This document shows, in pieces, positions 39,654 to 63,890 of a stretch of 64,000 bases of DNA. The stretch lies in NCBI RefSeq assembly GCF_009914755.1, contig NC_060943.1. One strand, 5' to 3'. The notes beneath the pieces were generated by a model. The model was not told where the DNA came from, searched no databases, and worked only from the letters and a program-made list of their open reading frames with translations. This DNA is from the human T2T-CHM13v2.0 reference genome, Homo sapiens. How positions within the stretch are numbered: position 1 is the stretch's first letter; every line of letters starts with the position of its first letter. The position numbers and the translations under genes are program-made.

Positions 39654-40714
39654 CTAAATCCATCTCAAAAACAAAACAAAACAACAAACAAACAAAAAAA
39701 CACCAGCATCACTGAAATGGATCATAAACTATGTTCTTTTATTGAACAGACCAGAAGAAACCTACTTTAACCTTTAAAAAAGAAAAAGGAAAGCCAGGCG
39801 CGGTGGCTCACATCTGGAATCCCAGCACATTGAGAGGCCAAGGCAGGCAGATCATGAGGTCAGGAGTTCGAGAATAGCCTGGCCAACAGTGAAACCCCGT
39901 CTCTACTAAAAATACAAAAATTACCAGGGTATGGTGGTGAGCACCTGTAGTCCCAGCTATTCAGGAGGATGAGGCAGGAGAATCCCTTGAACCTGGGAGG
40001 TGGAAGTTGTGGTGAGCCGAGATCGAGAGCCACTGCACTCCAACCTGGCAACAGAGCGAGACTCCATCTCAAAAAAAAAAAAAGAAAAGAAAAATAACTT
40101 GCCCAAGGTCACACAGTAAAAGACAGAGGTAGGGTTTCTGCTCATTGTGATTCTAAACGGCTGTCCACAAAATCAAAGTTAAGGTAAAATACTCTCTCAG
40201 AAGGCCCCGTAAGGGCAGGTGGCACTTTTTCTTTGAAGCCTGTATGTCAGAATTGCAATCAGTTACACCAACCCATTTAAATCAGTAGGATTGCCCGGGG
40301 GTGGTGAGTGGTGGCTCACACCTGTAATCCCAACACTTTGGGTGGCCGCAGAGGGCGGATCACTTGAGGTCAGGAGTTTGAGACCAGCCTGGCCAACGGG
40401 CGAAACCCCATCTCTACTAAAAATACAAAAATAGGCCGGGCGTGGTGGCTCACGCCTGTAATTCCAGCACTTGGGGAGGCCGAGGCGGGCGGATCACGAG
40501 GTCAGGAGATTGAGACCATCCTAACACGGCGAAACCCCGTCTCTACTAAAAATACAAAAAATTAGCCGGGCGTGTGGCGGGCGCAGGAGGCTGAGGCAGG
40601 AGAATGACGTGAACCCGGAAAGCAGAGCTTGCAGTGAGCCGAGACTGCGCCACTGCTCTCCAGCCTGGGTGACAGAGTGGGACTCCATTTCAAAAACAAA
40701 AAACAAAAAACTAA

Positions 40715-41870
<1,156 letters not shown>

Positions 41871-41994
41871 GGATGGGCCGGGCGCGGTGGCTCATGCCTG
41901 TAATCCCAGCACTTTGGGAGGCCGAGGCAGGTGGATCATGAGATCAGGAGATCGAGACCATCCTGGCTAACACGGTGAAACCCCATCTCTACTA

Positions 41995-42309
<315 letters not shown>

Positions 42310-42585
42310 TTAGCCGGGTGTCGTGGCACACGTCTGTAATCCCAGCTACTGGGGAGGCTGAGTTGGGAGGATCACCTGAGCCCAGGGAGGTCCAGGCTGC
42401 AGCAAGCCATGATTGCACCACTGCACTCCAGCCTGGGTGAGAGAGTGAGACCCTGTCTCCAAACAAACACACATGAAAAACAGATTTTTTTTGCCAGGTG
42501 CAGTGGCTCACACCTGTAATCCCAGCACTTTGGGAGGCCAAGGCGGGTGGATCACGAGGTCAGGTGACTGAGAGCATCCTGGCTA

Positions 42586-42796
<211 letters not shown>

Positions 42797-43103
42797 TTAA
42801 AAAGGAAAGAAAAGGAGAGTGCTCGTGTGGCAGGCACCTAGCCCTGTCCAGCGCACCCTGAGACAGGGATGATGTCTCCTCCTTGACCTAAGACCACAAG
42901 TTCTAACCAATTCAACCGAGGACAGAGCCCCAATTCCAGGCAGGGCAATGGGGTCGCCTTGTGAACTAAGATGCAGATGGAGAAGAGCAGACACAGACAC
43001 AGGTCTTGGGGCCCCTGCAGGGGTTTCTCACTGGCTTTTTCCCCCTGGATTCCTATGGGTTCTGGGGAACAGAGTTAGGTCGGCTGGCAAGACAGATGCA
43101 TGA

Positions 43104-43781
<678 letters not shown>

Positions 43782-43875
43782 TGAGCCACCATGCGCAGCC
43801 AATTTTTGTATTTTTAGTAGAGATGGGGTTTCACCATGTTGGTCAGTCTGGTCTCGAACTCCTGACCTCAAGTGA

Positions 43876-43971
<96 letters not shown>

Positions 43972-43974
43972 TAA

Positions 43975-44208
<234 letters not shown>

Positions 44209-44701
44209 TAGTAGAGATGGTGTTTCACCATATTGGCCAGGCTGATCTTGAACTCCTGGCCTCAAGTGGTCTGCTCCAAACTGCTGAGATTACAGCCGTG
44301 AGCCACTGCTCCCAGCCATCTGCACCTTTCTCATCTTCCCAAATGTAACTATGTCCCCGTGAAACACTCACTCCCCATTCCACCTCCCCAGCCCCTGGCA
44401 CCCCCCATTTTATTCTGGTGCTAGGGGAATTTCAAACCAGGCAAGTCTCAACACATGCTCGAGTGTAAGAACCAGCCCACAGCCTCGTTCCCTAATCACG
44501 GTCAAACCAGAATTCTACTCCAGGTTCTACTCTGTGAATCTGCTTTCTGTGAATCTGTTACTCTGGGGACCGCCTATAAGTTGAATCCTACAGTGTCTCC
44601 ACTTCAGTGACTGGCTTATTTCACTTTTCTCCTCTTTATTTATGAGACAAAATTTCGCTCTTGTTGCTCAGGCTGGAATGCAATGGCGTGATCTCGGCTA
44701 A

Positions 44702-44983
<282 letters not shown>

Positions 44984-45599
44984 TGAGTAGCTGGGATTAC
45001 AGGTAACCATCACCACACCTGGCTAAATTTTGTATTTTTAGTAGAGACGGGGTTTCACCACGTTGGCCACGCTGGTATTGAACTCCTGGCTTCAAGTGAT
45101 CTTCCTGTCTCGGTCTCCCGAAGTGCTGGGATTACAGGAATGAGCCACTGTGCCCGGCCAATACGACATCTGTGCAATGAAGTGCAACATATAAGACACC
45201 CTTCCCCCACCCACTGCCCCCACCACCGCCCCCACGCCCCCACCCCCATCTCCAGATCAGAACCTGGGGCTGTGCAATTTTAAACGTTGTAGCCACTTGC
45301 TACTTGGGTAGTTGAAGTTCAGTCTCAGCCAGGTTGGAGTCCTGGACTCTGGCCCCTCTTTTATTTTTATTTTTTATTTTTTTTTGAGACAGAGTCTCGC
45401 TCTGTCGCCCAGACTGGAGCGCAGTGGTGCGATCTCGGCTCACTGCAAGCTCTGCCTCCTGAGTTCACGCCATTCCCCCGCCTCAGCCTCCCGAGCAGCT
45501 GGGACTACAGGCGCCCGCCACCACACCCGGCTAATTTCTTGTATTTTTTAGTAGAGATGGGGTTTCACCCTGTTAGCCAGGATGGTCTAGATTTCCTGA

Positions 45600-45808
<209 letters not shown>

Positions 45809-45996
45809 TGACCACGCCCGGCTGATTTTTGTATTTTTAGTAGAGACGGGGTTTCACCACATTGGTCAGGCTAGCCTCAAACTCCTGACCCCGTGATCCT
45901 TCCGCCTCAGCCTCCCAAAGTGCTGGGATTACAGGACTCTGGCCCATCTTGGCTGCTGCCAATGTCCTTCCTTCTATCTTGGTTTTTCCACAGTTA

Positions 45997-46563
<567 letters not shown>

Positions 46564-46721
46564 TCAGGGATTCGAGACCAGCCTGGCCAACATGGTGAAA
46601 CCCCGTCTCTACTAAAAATACAAAAATTAGCCGGGCATGATGCTGCATGCCTGTAATCCCAGCTACTCTGGAGGCTGAGGCAGGAGAATCGCTTCATCCC
46701 GGGAGGTGGAGCTTGCAGTGA

Positions 46722-47033
<312 letters not shown>

Positions 47034-47823
47034 TGAATGAAGAGTAAATAGAAGACCCAGAAAGAAATGATTCGTCCGAGGAAGGTCACAGAAGCAACGT
47101 AATCAAGATGGAAATCTGACTCTTCCTAATTTTGGCCAGACTTCCCATCCCTCCAAAGCTTTCCAGACTCTTCCAGATCATTCTAGATATTTCCAGAAAT
47201 CATTCGTGAAATCTAACTAGGAGTAGTCTGTAAACAATGTGTTTCACACAGATACAATTCATAAACGATGAGAAGACAAGGACACTTCATGAATGAAATT
47301 TTTACGGCCGGGTATGTTGGCTCACGCCTATAATCCCAGGACTTTGGAAGACCCAGGCAGGAGGATTGCTTGAGTCCAGGAGTTCAAGACCAGTCTGGGC
47401 CACATAGTGAGACCCTGTCGCTACAAAAAATTTAAAAATTAGGTAGATATGGTGGTGTATGCCTCTAGTTTTAGCTTTTTTGGAGGCTGAAGCAGGAGGA
47501 TCTCTTGAGCCCAGGAGGTTGAGCTGCAATGAGCTACGATTGAACTACTACACTCCAGTCTGGGTGACAGAGAAAGAGGCTGCCTCAAAAAAATAAAAAT
47601 AAAAAAATAAGGCCGGACGCGGTGGCTCACGCCTGTAATCCCAGCACTTTGGGAGGCTGGGGTGGGCAGACCACGAGGTCAGGAGATCGAGGCCATCCTG
47701 GCCAACATGATGAAACCCTGTCTCTACTGAAAACACAAAAATTAGCTGGGCGTGGTGGCGTATACCTGTAATCCCAGCTACTCGGGAGGCTGAGGCAGGA
47801 GAATCACTTGAACCAGGGAGTCA

Positions 47824-48054
<231 letters not shown>

Positions 48055-48880
48055 CTACTAAAAATACAAAAAGTAGCCGGGTGTAGTCCCAGCTACTCGG
48101 AAGGCTGAGGCAGGAGAATCGCTTCAACCTGGGAGATGGAAGTTGCAGTGAACTGAGATTGCGCCACTGGGTGACAGAGTAAGACTCTTGTCTCAAAAAA
48201 AAAAAAAGAAAGAAAGTTTAATTTAATGATTCAAATAATGACCTGCTCGAGAGATAAATATAAAGTCTAACGTAAGAGGTGTATACTTTTTCCTCTGTCC
48301 TGCTGTCCTCGCCCCACCTCACCCCAAGTCCCAACCTGATTGATCAGTCTCCTTTCCCTCTGGTAGCCCCACTCCCATGACCGAACCGAGAAGTCATGCA
48401 CCCGCATAAGAACTCTAATTTTTTTTTTCAAAGTCTTCTCACTGCCCCAAAAATAGTTTCTTTCATTCCCAGGGGATGTGAAAGTGTCTCTCCCAATTTT
48501 ATTTCAACCTCCCAGCGTTCCACACATATGCCTTGCCTCAGCCAGCTTTCACTGATCTGCCATTTCCACCTCGGCGCTGCTCCTACCTGCGGAAATCCTG
48601 TCCATCCATAGTCTGATTTCTGTTGTTCCAGAACATTCTTTTTTTTTTCCCCTGGAACATTCTTTAAGATACCTCAATAAATGAAACCAGAGGGTATAGA
48701 GCAGTATGAATGGGTACTACAATGTACAGGGGGAAATGGAGGGGAATATGATATACTCTCCTCCTTGTATATGCTTAGAATGTTCTAGAAGGATATGCTT
48801 AAAAGGTTAGCAGTCCTGGCCAGGCGTGGTGGCTCACGCCTGTAATCTCAGCACTTTGGGATGCCAACGCGGACGGATCA

Positions 48881-49541
<661 letters not shown>

Positions 49542-50064
49542 TAAAATTTACCATATTAACCATTTTCAAGTTCAGAGGCATTAAAGTATACTCACATTGT
49601 TGTTCAACTGTCACCACTACTCACCTGCAGAAGTTTTTCATCTTGCAAAGTGAAAACCCCATACCCAATTTCCCGTTCTTCCTCTCAGCCCCTGGTAATC
49701 ACTATTCTACTTTTTGTCTACTTTTTGTATGAATTTGCCTATTCTAGGACCTAATAGAAGTGGAGTCAAACCTGTTTGTCCTTTTGTGGCTGGCTTATTT
49801 CACCCGGCCTTATATCCTCAAGGTTTATCCATGTTGGAGGATGCCTGAATTTCCTTGTTTTTAAGGCTAAATTTTATTCTATTATATTAATATGTCATAT
49901 TTTGTTTATCCTGATGGACACTTGGGTTGATTCCACCTTTGGCCATTTTGAAGAAGCTTCTATGTACATGGTATACACATATATCTTTGGGTCTCTGCTT
50001 TCAATGCTTTTGGGGATATTTCAGATGTGGAATTTCTGGATTATAAGGCAATTTTTTTTTTTGA

Positions 50065-50391
<327 letters not shown>

Positions 50392-50538
50392 TGAGCCACT
50401 GCACCCGGCTGGTGTGATCTTGGCTCGCTGCAACCTCTGCCTCCCAGGTTCAAGCGATTCTTGTGCCTCAGCCTCTCCGCAGCTGGGACTACAGGTGTGC
50501 GCCACTGTGCCCAGCTACTTTTTAAAAATATATGTGTA

Positions 50539-50996
<458 letters not shown>

Positions 50997-51664
50997 TGAT
51001 GCCAGCTGAGCCAAGGCAGGTTCCTGATTCCACCCACTGGCAGGCACCGAGGTCTCTGCTGTTACTGATGGTTTCTCTGTGGATTGATGGGCTTAAGGCC
51101 AGACCACAGCTGCAATGGCTCACCTCTGCCAAAGGCCAGGCTCGTTGGGGCAGAGACCTATTCCGGACTGAGCCTCCTGGTGAATTAGAGAGGTAGAAAA
51201 TGGGAGGACGGGGGCAGGTGGGCTATTACAGCGAGGAAAATGCCCACCCTGAGTTGTATTAGATAACTTTGGGAGTTCAGGAACTTTCCAATAAAGTGGG
51301 TTCCACAGCAGGATTACTTACTGACTCCCTAATAGAAAGAAGGCAGGCACAGGCCGGGCGTGTTGGCTCATGTCTGTAATCCCAGCACGTTGGGAGGCTG
51401 AGGCGGGTGGATCACAAGGTCAGGAGATCCAGACCATCCTGGCTAACAAAGTGAAACCCCGTCTCTACTAAAAATACAAAAAATTAGGCTGGGCGTGGTG
51501 GCTCGTGCCTGTAATCCCAGCACTTTGGGAGGCTGAGGCGGGCGGATCACGAGGTCAGGAGATCGAGACCGTCCTGGCTAACACGGTAAAACCCCATCTC
51601 TACTAAACATACAAAAAAAAATTAGCCAGGTGTGGTGGCGGGCGCCTGTAGTCCCAGCTACTCA

Positions 51665-52359
<695 letters not shown>

Positions 52360-52664
52360 TGATCCTCCCACCTCTGCCTCCCAAAGTGCTGGGGATTACA
52401 GGCATGAGCCACCTCGCCTGGCCTCTAGTCGCTTTATATATTTTAACTTAATCCTTACAAGAGCCCTGTGAGCTAGTTACAGGAGCACAAATGGAAACCA
52501 AGAAACAGAAAAATTTATCAGCATGACTCAGTCCTCAGAGCCATGTATGGCCGTGTCCGTGCATGGCAGGCAGGTCAGGGGCCTGGGGAACGCTGTTCTG
52601 GAAACCTTGGCCAGGCCTTGGCACCCGAGGAATGTGCTTTTCAGAGTTTTTGTGGCTCTTTTCC

Positions 52665-52680
52665 AGACCTGCCCTGACCT
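52665..52680 (-). promoter_or_regulatory. DR4 nuclear-receptor element (LXRE-type) ~3.8 kb upstream of LDLR
   Basis: minus strand reads AGGTCA gggc AGGTCT; position agrees with my recollection of a reported LDLR LXRE. Confidence 0.65.
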
Positions 52681-52684
52681 CTAG

Positions 52685-53378
<694 letters not shown>

Positions 53379-53426
53379 TGAAGTGCTGGGATTATAGGGC
53401 ATGAGCCACTGTGACTGGCCATCTTA

Positions 53427-53457
<31 letters not shown>

Positions 53458-53713
53458 ACAGGGTTTCACTCTGTCGCCCAGGCTGGAGTGCAAAGGCGCG
53501 ATCTTGGTTCACTGCAAGCTCCGCCTCCTGGGTTCATGCCATTCTCCTGCCTCTGCCTCATGAGTAACTGAGACTACAGGCGCCCACCACCACGCCCGGC
53601 TAATTTTTTTGTATTTTTTTAGTAGAGATGGGGTTTCACCTTGTTAGCCAGGATGGTCTCGATCTCCTGACCTCGTGATCCACCCGTCTCGGCCTCCCAA
53701 AATGCTGGCATTA

Positions 53714-54091
<378 letters not shown>

Positions 54092-54558
54092 TTACTTTTT
54101 AAATTTTTATTTACTTATTTTTTGCTTTAAGTTGAATCTTTAAACTTATCTTTATTTTTGAGACACAGTCTCACTCTGTCGCCCAGGCTGGAGTGCAGTG
54201 GTACAACCACAGCTCAGTGCAGCGTTGACCTCCTGGGCTCAAGCCATCCTCCCGCCTCAGCCTCCCGAGTAGCTGGGACTACAGGCGCACACAACCATGT
54301 CCAGCTTATTTTTGTATTTTTTGTAGAGACAGGGTCCCACTGTGTTGCCCTGGCTTGTTCTGAACTCCTAGGCTCAAGTGATCCCCCCGCCTCACCCTCC
54401 CAAAGTGCTGGGATTACAGGCATGAGCCACCACATCCAGACTTCACTTTTTTGTTTAATGTCGCAAATGGCATAAGGAATGGGATTCAATGGGGACACAT
54501 TTATAAACGTTGCAGCAGCTCCTAGAACTTGCCTATCCTTGTAAACTTCTCTAGGTGA

Positions 54559-54813
<255 letters not shown>

Positions 54814-56265
54814 TGATCCACCTGCCTCAGCCTCCCAAAGTGCTGGGATTACAGGCGTGAGCCACCATGCCCAGCCCGCTAATTATTTCAATTTGACCTT
54901 GACACTGAGCCTGCCAAGTAGGTTCAAGCATTTTGATGGCCCCTTTACAGGTTGGGAAAGCTAATTTATCTGTCCAAGGCCGAATTCTGAAACTGAGTCT
55001 TAACTGCCAAAAATTCTTATCATCAATTTCTTCTTCTGGGTTGGGCACAGTGGCTCATGCCTGTAAAGCCAGCAATTTGAGAGGCATCATGATGCAAGAG
55101 GAAGAGGATTGAGTGAAGCTAGGAGTTTGGGACCAGCCTGGGCAACATAGTGAGACCCCATCTATAAAAAAAAATTAAAAATTAGTTGGGCATGGTGGTG
55201 CACTCCTGTGGTCCTAGCTATTCAGGAGGCTGAGGTGGGAGGATTCCTTGAGCCCAGGGTTGACGCTGCAGAGAGCTGTGATCACGCCACTGCAGTCCAG
55301 CCTGAGTGACAGCTGGAAATAATGATAAATAAATAATAAATAATTATTTAAAAAATTATAATAAAAATAATTAAAAAATTATTTTCCCTGATTAATCTTT
55401 TTTTTTGTCCTTCTGAGAGTTCAATTTGTCCCTTTTCTGCCTGGTCTCCTAGGTTTCCCTAAAATCCTGCTGAGAGGTTAGCACTGCCTGCCAAAGTCAG
55501 TTTGCAAAATCCCAGAGAAATCCAGCTTATTCCTGGGGGAACCGCCAAGACTGCCCAGCCCTGTGTGGGGTTCAGGCAAGTTTCTCACATGTGCCTTTTT
55601 GGCAAGAGGCCTCTGGCAACCCCATGAGTCCCCAAAGAGACTCAATTCTAAAAGTTGGTCTCCACCAGCTCTCTGTGGCTTAGGGGTTCAAGTTCAACTG
55701 TGAAAGCCCTGTTTTGTTTTGATTTTGCTTTGAGGGAGAGGAAACCGCCCTTCTGTTTGTTCAACTCCTTCTCCTAAGGGGAGAAATCAATATTTACGTC
55801 CAGACTCCAGGTATCCGTACAATTGATTTTTCAGATGTTTATACTCAGCCAAAGGCGGGATCCCACAAAACAAAAAATATTTTTTTGGCTGTACTTTTGT
55901 GAAGATTTTATTTAAATTCCTGATTGATCAGTGTCTATTAGGTGATTTGGAATAACAATGTAAAAACAATATACAACGAAAGGAAGCTAAAAATCTATAC
56001 ACAATTCCTAGAAAGGAAAAGGCAAATATAGAAAGTGGCGGAAGTTCCCAACATTTTTAGTGTTTTCCTTTTGAGGCAGAGAGGACAATGGCATTAGGCT
56101 ATTGGAGGATCTTGAAAGGCTGTTGTTATCCTTCTGTGGACAACAACAGCAAAATGTTAACAGTTAAACATCGAGAAATTTCAGGAGGATCTTTCAGAAG
56201 ATGCGTTTCCAATTTTGAGGGGGCGTCAGCTCTTCACCGGAGACCCAAATACAACAAATCAAGTC

Positions 56266-56327
56266 GCCTGCCCTGGCGACACTTTCGAAGGACTGGAGTG
56301 GGAATCAGAGCTTCACGGGTTAAAAAG
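56266..56327 (+). promoter_or_regulatory. LDLR upstream footprint elements FP2 (~56266-56278) and FP1 (~56308-56327)
   Basis: GCCTGCCCTGGCG and GAGCTTCACGGGTTAAAAAG at the recalled positions relative to the ATG. Confidence 0.6.
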
Positions 56328-56349
56328 CCGATGTCACATCGGCCGTTCG

Positions 56350-56416
56350 AAACTCCTCCTCTTGCAGTGAGGTGAAGACATTTGAAAATCACCCCACTGC
56401 AAACTCCTCCCCCTGC
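56350..56416 (+). promoter_or_regulatory. LDLR: LDLR promoter 16-bp repeats: repeat 1 (56350-56365, Sp1), repeat 2 (56385-56400), repeat 3 (56401-56416, Sp1)
   Basis: AAACTCCTCCTCTTGC / AAAATCACCCCACTGC / AAACTCCTCCCCCTGC, the classical LDLR promoter repeats. Confidence 0.98.
56388..56397 (+). promoter_or_regulatory. Sterol regulatory element SRE-1 (SREBP site)
   Basis: exact ATCACCCCAC within repeat 2. Confidence 0.99.
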
Positions 56417-56439
56417 TAGAAACCTCACATTGAAATGCT

Positions 56440-57960
<1,521 letters not shown>

Positions 57961-58398
57961 GCTTCTTCAGAGGCTGTGAATGGCTTCGGTTCAGCTGTCC
58001 AAGCGGCGATTTTTCCTCTGGGTGAAATGGATTAGATTTTAGATTTCCACAAGAGGCTGGTTAGTGCATGATCCTGAGTTAGAGCTTTTTAGGTGGCTTT
58101 AAATTAGTTGCAGAGAGACAGCCTCGCCCTAGACAACAGCTACATGGCCCTTTCCCTCCTGAGAACCAGCCTAGCCTAGAAAAGGATTGGGATTGCCTGA
58201 TGAACACAAGGATTGCAGGAAACTTTTTTTTTAATTGGCAAGGGGGTTGGCTTTGACTGGATGGAGAGCTTTGAACTGCCTTGAAATTCACGCTGTAACT
58301 AACACACCAGTTTCCTCTGGGAGGCCAGAGAGGGAGGGAGGGTGTAATGAAATACGGATGATTGTTCTTTTATTTTTATTTACTTATTTATTTTTTAA

Positions 58399-58587
<189 letters not shown>

Positions 58588-59144
58588 TAATGTGTATCTC
58601 ACTCACCAATCAACCTCTTCCTTAAGAGAAAATGTTAAGGAAGTCTTAGGCAAGGCCTTGTTTGTTCATCACTTTAGTTTCTCTCTCCCGGGATGGCTGA
58701 GAATGTGATGTTTCCTCTGTTGTCAAGGAGACTACACCCCTGATGTTTTCCTCCAGACTTCTGAGAGCTGGTGTGTGTTTCTAGCACTTTCTAGCTGCAC
58801 CACCTCACGCTGTAGCTGGCTTCAAGGCATATCCAGGGGGGAGTTTCTTGTCCATTTCCTTTACAAAGGGAAGTTGTTGGAATCTGAACCGCAAGCCTTC
58901 ACTTAGACCAAAATCAGGCAACAGCGGTGAGCGCAGCTCCAAACGTGTCAATGACTCACCCAAATTTGAGTAAGGGAGTTGGCTGCTTTAACGAGCCGCA
59001 GGGTGATTCCCTTGTCATTTCCGGAAATACCTATCTTCCAGGGAACACTGGGAAAAAACAGGGAGACCTTTGTTGAGACAGAAAACCTGTAGGGGAATTC
59101 TGTTCCTCATTCCTGCTCTTATCTGTAGACTTCCTCCCTGATAA

Positions 59145-59717
<573 letters not shown>

Positions 59718-60008
59718 TGACCCACTGTGCCAGCCAATCAATTGATTTCTCATTCATTTTCAGCTGGCTCTGTTCCCTTAAGCCAGGGGATTTTCGTTTG
59801 TTTGTTTCCCCTTCAAGGAAATGATTCTAGCTACAGTTTTGATTTCCTTGTACAACTGTTTTCAGTAGCACAGGGAAAGAAAACATCGAAAGCATTCACC
59901 ACCTCATTTGTGTGCTGGGGGAAAAAGCAGAAATGTGTATTCTCTTTTTTTGTTTCGATGACCTTGTTCCTGACTTGTTACTCGTGACTTGAGAGATCAG
60001 AGGGCTAG

Positions 60009-60205
<197 letters not shown>

Positions 60206-62078
60206 TAGAGATGGGATTTCACCATATTGGTCAAGCTGGCCTCGAACTCCTGACCTCGTGATCCACCCGCCTCAGTTTCCCAAAGTGCTGGGAGTACAGG
60301 CGTGAGCCGCCGTGCCCGGCCTTTTTGTGTTTTTGTGTTTTTGAGAGGAGCTCATTGCTTTTTAGGCTTCCCTAGCGTGAGAAAATCTGGGGATCCATGC
60401 TCTAGTTTACTTCCTTTTTTTTTTTTTTTTTGAGATGGAGTCTCGCTTAGATTGCCTAATCTCAGCTCATTGCAACTTCTGCCTCCGGGGTTCAAGGGAT
60501 TCTCGTGTCTCAGCCTCCTGGGTAGCTAGGATACGGGCACCCGCTACCATGCCTGGCTAATTTTGTACTTTTAGTAGAGACAGGGTTTCGCCACGTTGGC
60601 CAGGCTGGTCTCGAACTCCTGACCTCAGGTGAGCCGCCTGCCTTGGCCTCCCAAAGTGCTGAGATTACAGGCGTGAGCCACCGCGCTTGGCCTAATTTGC
60701 TTTTCCTGAAATTCAAATGGTCTAATATGAAAAACGCCAACCTTGCTTGAAAGAATAAGAAAGAGGTGCGGTTTCGTTGGGCCGTTGATGTTTGGAACAG
60801 GACTGGTTTTGTCCCCTTGCTCGGAAAGGGCAGCAACTGTGAGGACAGCTCCCTGACGTGCTCTCACTCAGCACTGTTCCGTTCCTGAGCACTGTCCCCA
60901 CTAGCTAGGCCAAGGGAGCTCATTTGGCAGGCAACTGCTGTCTGGCTGCGCCTGTGGCAGTAAAATCTGCCTTTATTTTTTGGAGGCAGGGTCTTGCCCT
61001 GTCGCTCAGGCTGAAGTGTGCAGTTATAGCTCACTGCAGCCTCCAGCTTCTGTACTCAACTGATCCTCCTCTCTCAGCCTCCTGAGTAGCTGGGACTATA
61101 CGCACGTGTTACCACTCCCACCTCAGTTTGTTTGTTTATTTATTTATTTATTTATTTATTGAGATGGAGTTTTGCTCTTGCTGCCCAGGCTGGAGTGCAA
61201 TGGCGCGATCTCGGCTCACCGCAACCTCCACCTCCTGGTTCAAGCGATTCTCCTGCCTCAGCCTCCTGAGTAGCTGGGATTACAGGCATGCACCACCACG
61301 CCCGGCTAATTTTGTATTTTTCGTAGAGATGGGGTTTCTCCACATTGGTTCAGGCTGTTCTCGAACTCCCAACCTCAGGTGATCCACCCGCCTCAGCCTC
61401 CCAAAGTGCTGGGATTATAGGCGTGAGCCCCCGAACCCGGCCACTCCCAGCTAAGTTTAAATTTTTTGTTTGTTTGTTCGTTTGTTTTTATTTTTTGAGA
61501 CAGAGTCTCCCGCCCAGGCTGGAGCGCAGATCACTGCATCCTTGACCTCCCAGGCTTAAGCCATCCTCCCCACTCAGCCTCCCAAGTAGCTGGGATTACA
61601 GGTGTGTGCCACTATGCTTGGCTAAGTTGTGTATTTTTTGTAGAGATGGGGTTCAAGGGATTCTCGCTTTGTTGCCTCGGTTGGTCTCAAACTCCTGGGC
61701 TCAAGCAGTCCTCCCTCCTCAGCCTCCCAAGGTGCTGGGGAAATCCACTTTTGAAACATTGTCTGGAGAGTTGCCCAGGTGGTAGATCACAGAAATAGGT
61801 CATCGTGGGGTCCTTCCCATGGGTGCAGTCTTGAGCCACCTGTGGCCAGCAAATATTTGGAGAATAATAGTCAGGGGAGAGCTTGAGGTCCAGGGAAAGG
61901 TTTTGTTTTTCTTCAGGGAAAGGTTTTTATTGTTCTTTATCCCTCCTTAAAGGACCTTCAGGTGTTACTGACATTCCCGGTCTACCCAGTGGCACATTTA
62001 GTTTGTAAGCTGGGCCCTCGTACAGAGGTAGGGAGGTGAGAGCATTGGATTAGTGGTCACCAAAGCTGCGGTCACCTA

Positions 62079-62088
62079 GTGGGGTGAT
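62079..62088 (-). promoter_or_regulatory. Perfect SRE-1 match in LDLR intron 1
   Basis: GTGGGGTGAT is the reverse complement of ATCACCCCAC; function not demonstrable from sequence. Confidence 0.55.
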
Positions 62089-62203
62089 CAGAGGCTCCTC
62101 CCTTAAGATCTTGATTGCCAACGCCTCTGGCCCAACTTTCCTTTTTATTTATCGCAAGCCTCCTGGAATCTCAATTGCTTTTTGCCCACCCGGTGTGTCA
62201 GCA

Positions 62204-63400
<1,197 letters not shown>

Positions 63401-63890
63401 CTACATATCAAATTAGCCCAAAATGTAGTGGCTTAAAACAACACATTTATGATTTCTCAGTTTTTGCGTGTCAGGAATTTGGAAGCAGCACAGCTAGACG
63501 GTTCCAGCTCAGGGTCTCTCATGAAGTTGCAATCAAAATATTGGCAGGAGAGAAAAACATATTTTCAGAAGCTGCAGGCATAGGAAGACTTGGCTGGGGT
63601 TGAAGGATCCACTTCCAAGATGGCGCACTCAGTGGCTCTTGGCTGGAGGCCTCAGTTCCCTGCTGCGTGGAGCTCTCCCTCCAGCTGCTTGAGTGGACTC
63701 ATGACATGCAGCTGGCCTCCCCTGGAGCAGTCGATCCAACAATGAGCATGGCCATGAACTAGGCTCAGAAGCCACTCCCTGTCGTCTCTACATTTTCCTA
63801 TCAGAAGCAAGTCATTAAAAGTCCAGTGCCACTCCAGGGGAGACGAATTAGGCTCTGCCTTCTGAAAGGATTATCACAGAAGATGCGGTC
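63401..63890 (-). mobile_element. MaLR LTR (MLT1F/G-like)
   Basis: agtggcttaaaacaaca..., ctcagggtctctcatgaagttgca, ggatccacttccaagatggc. Confidence 0.75.

Noticed and set aside
55318-55385. AT-rich quasi-palindrome
   Set aside because: Degenerate Alu tail, low complexity
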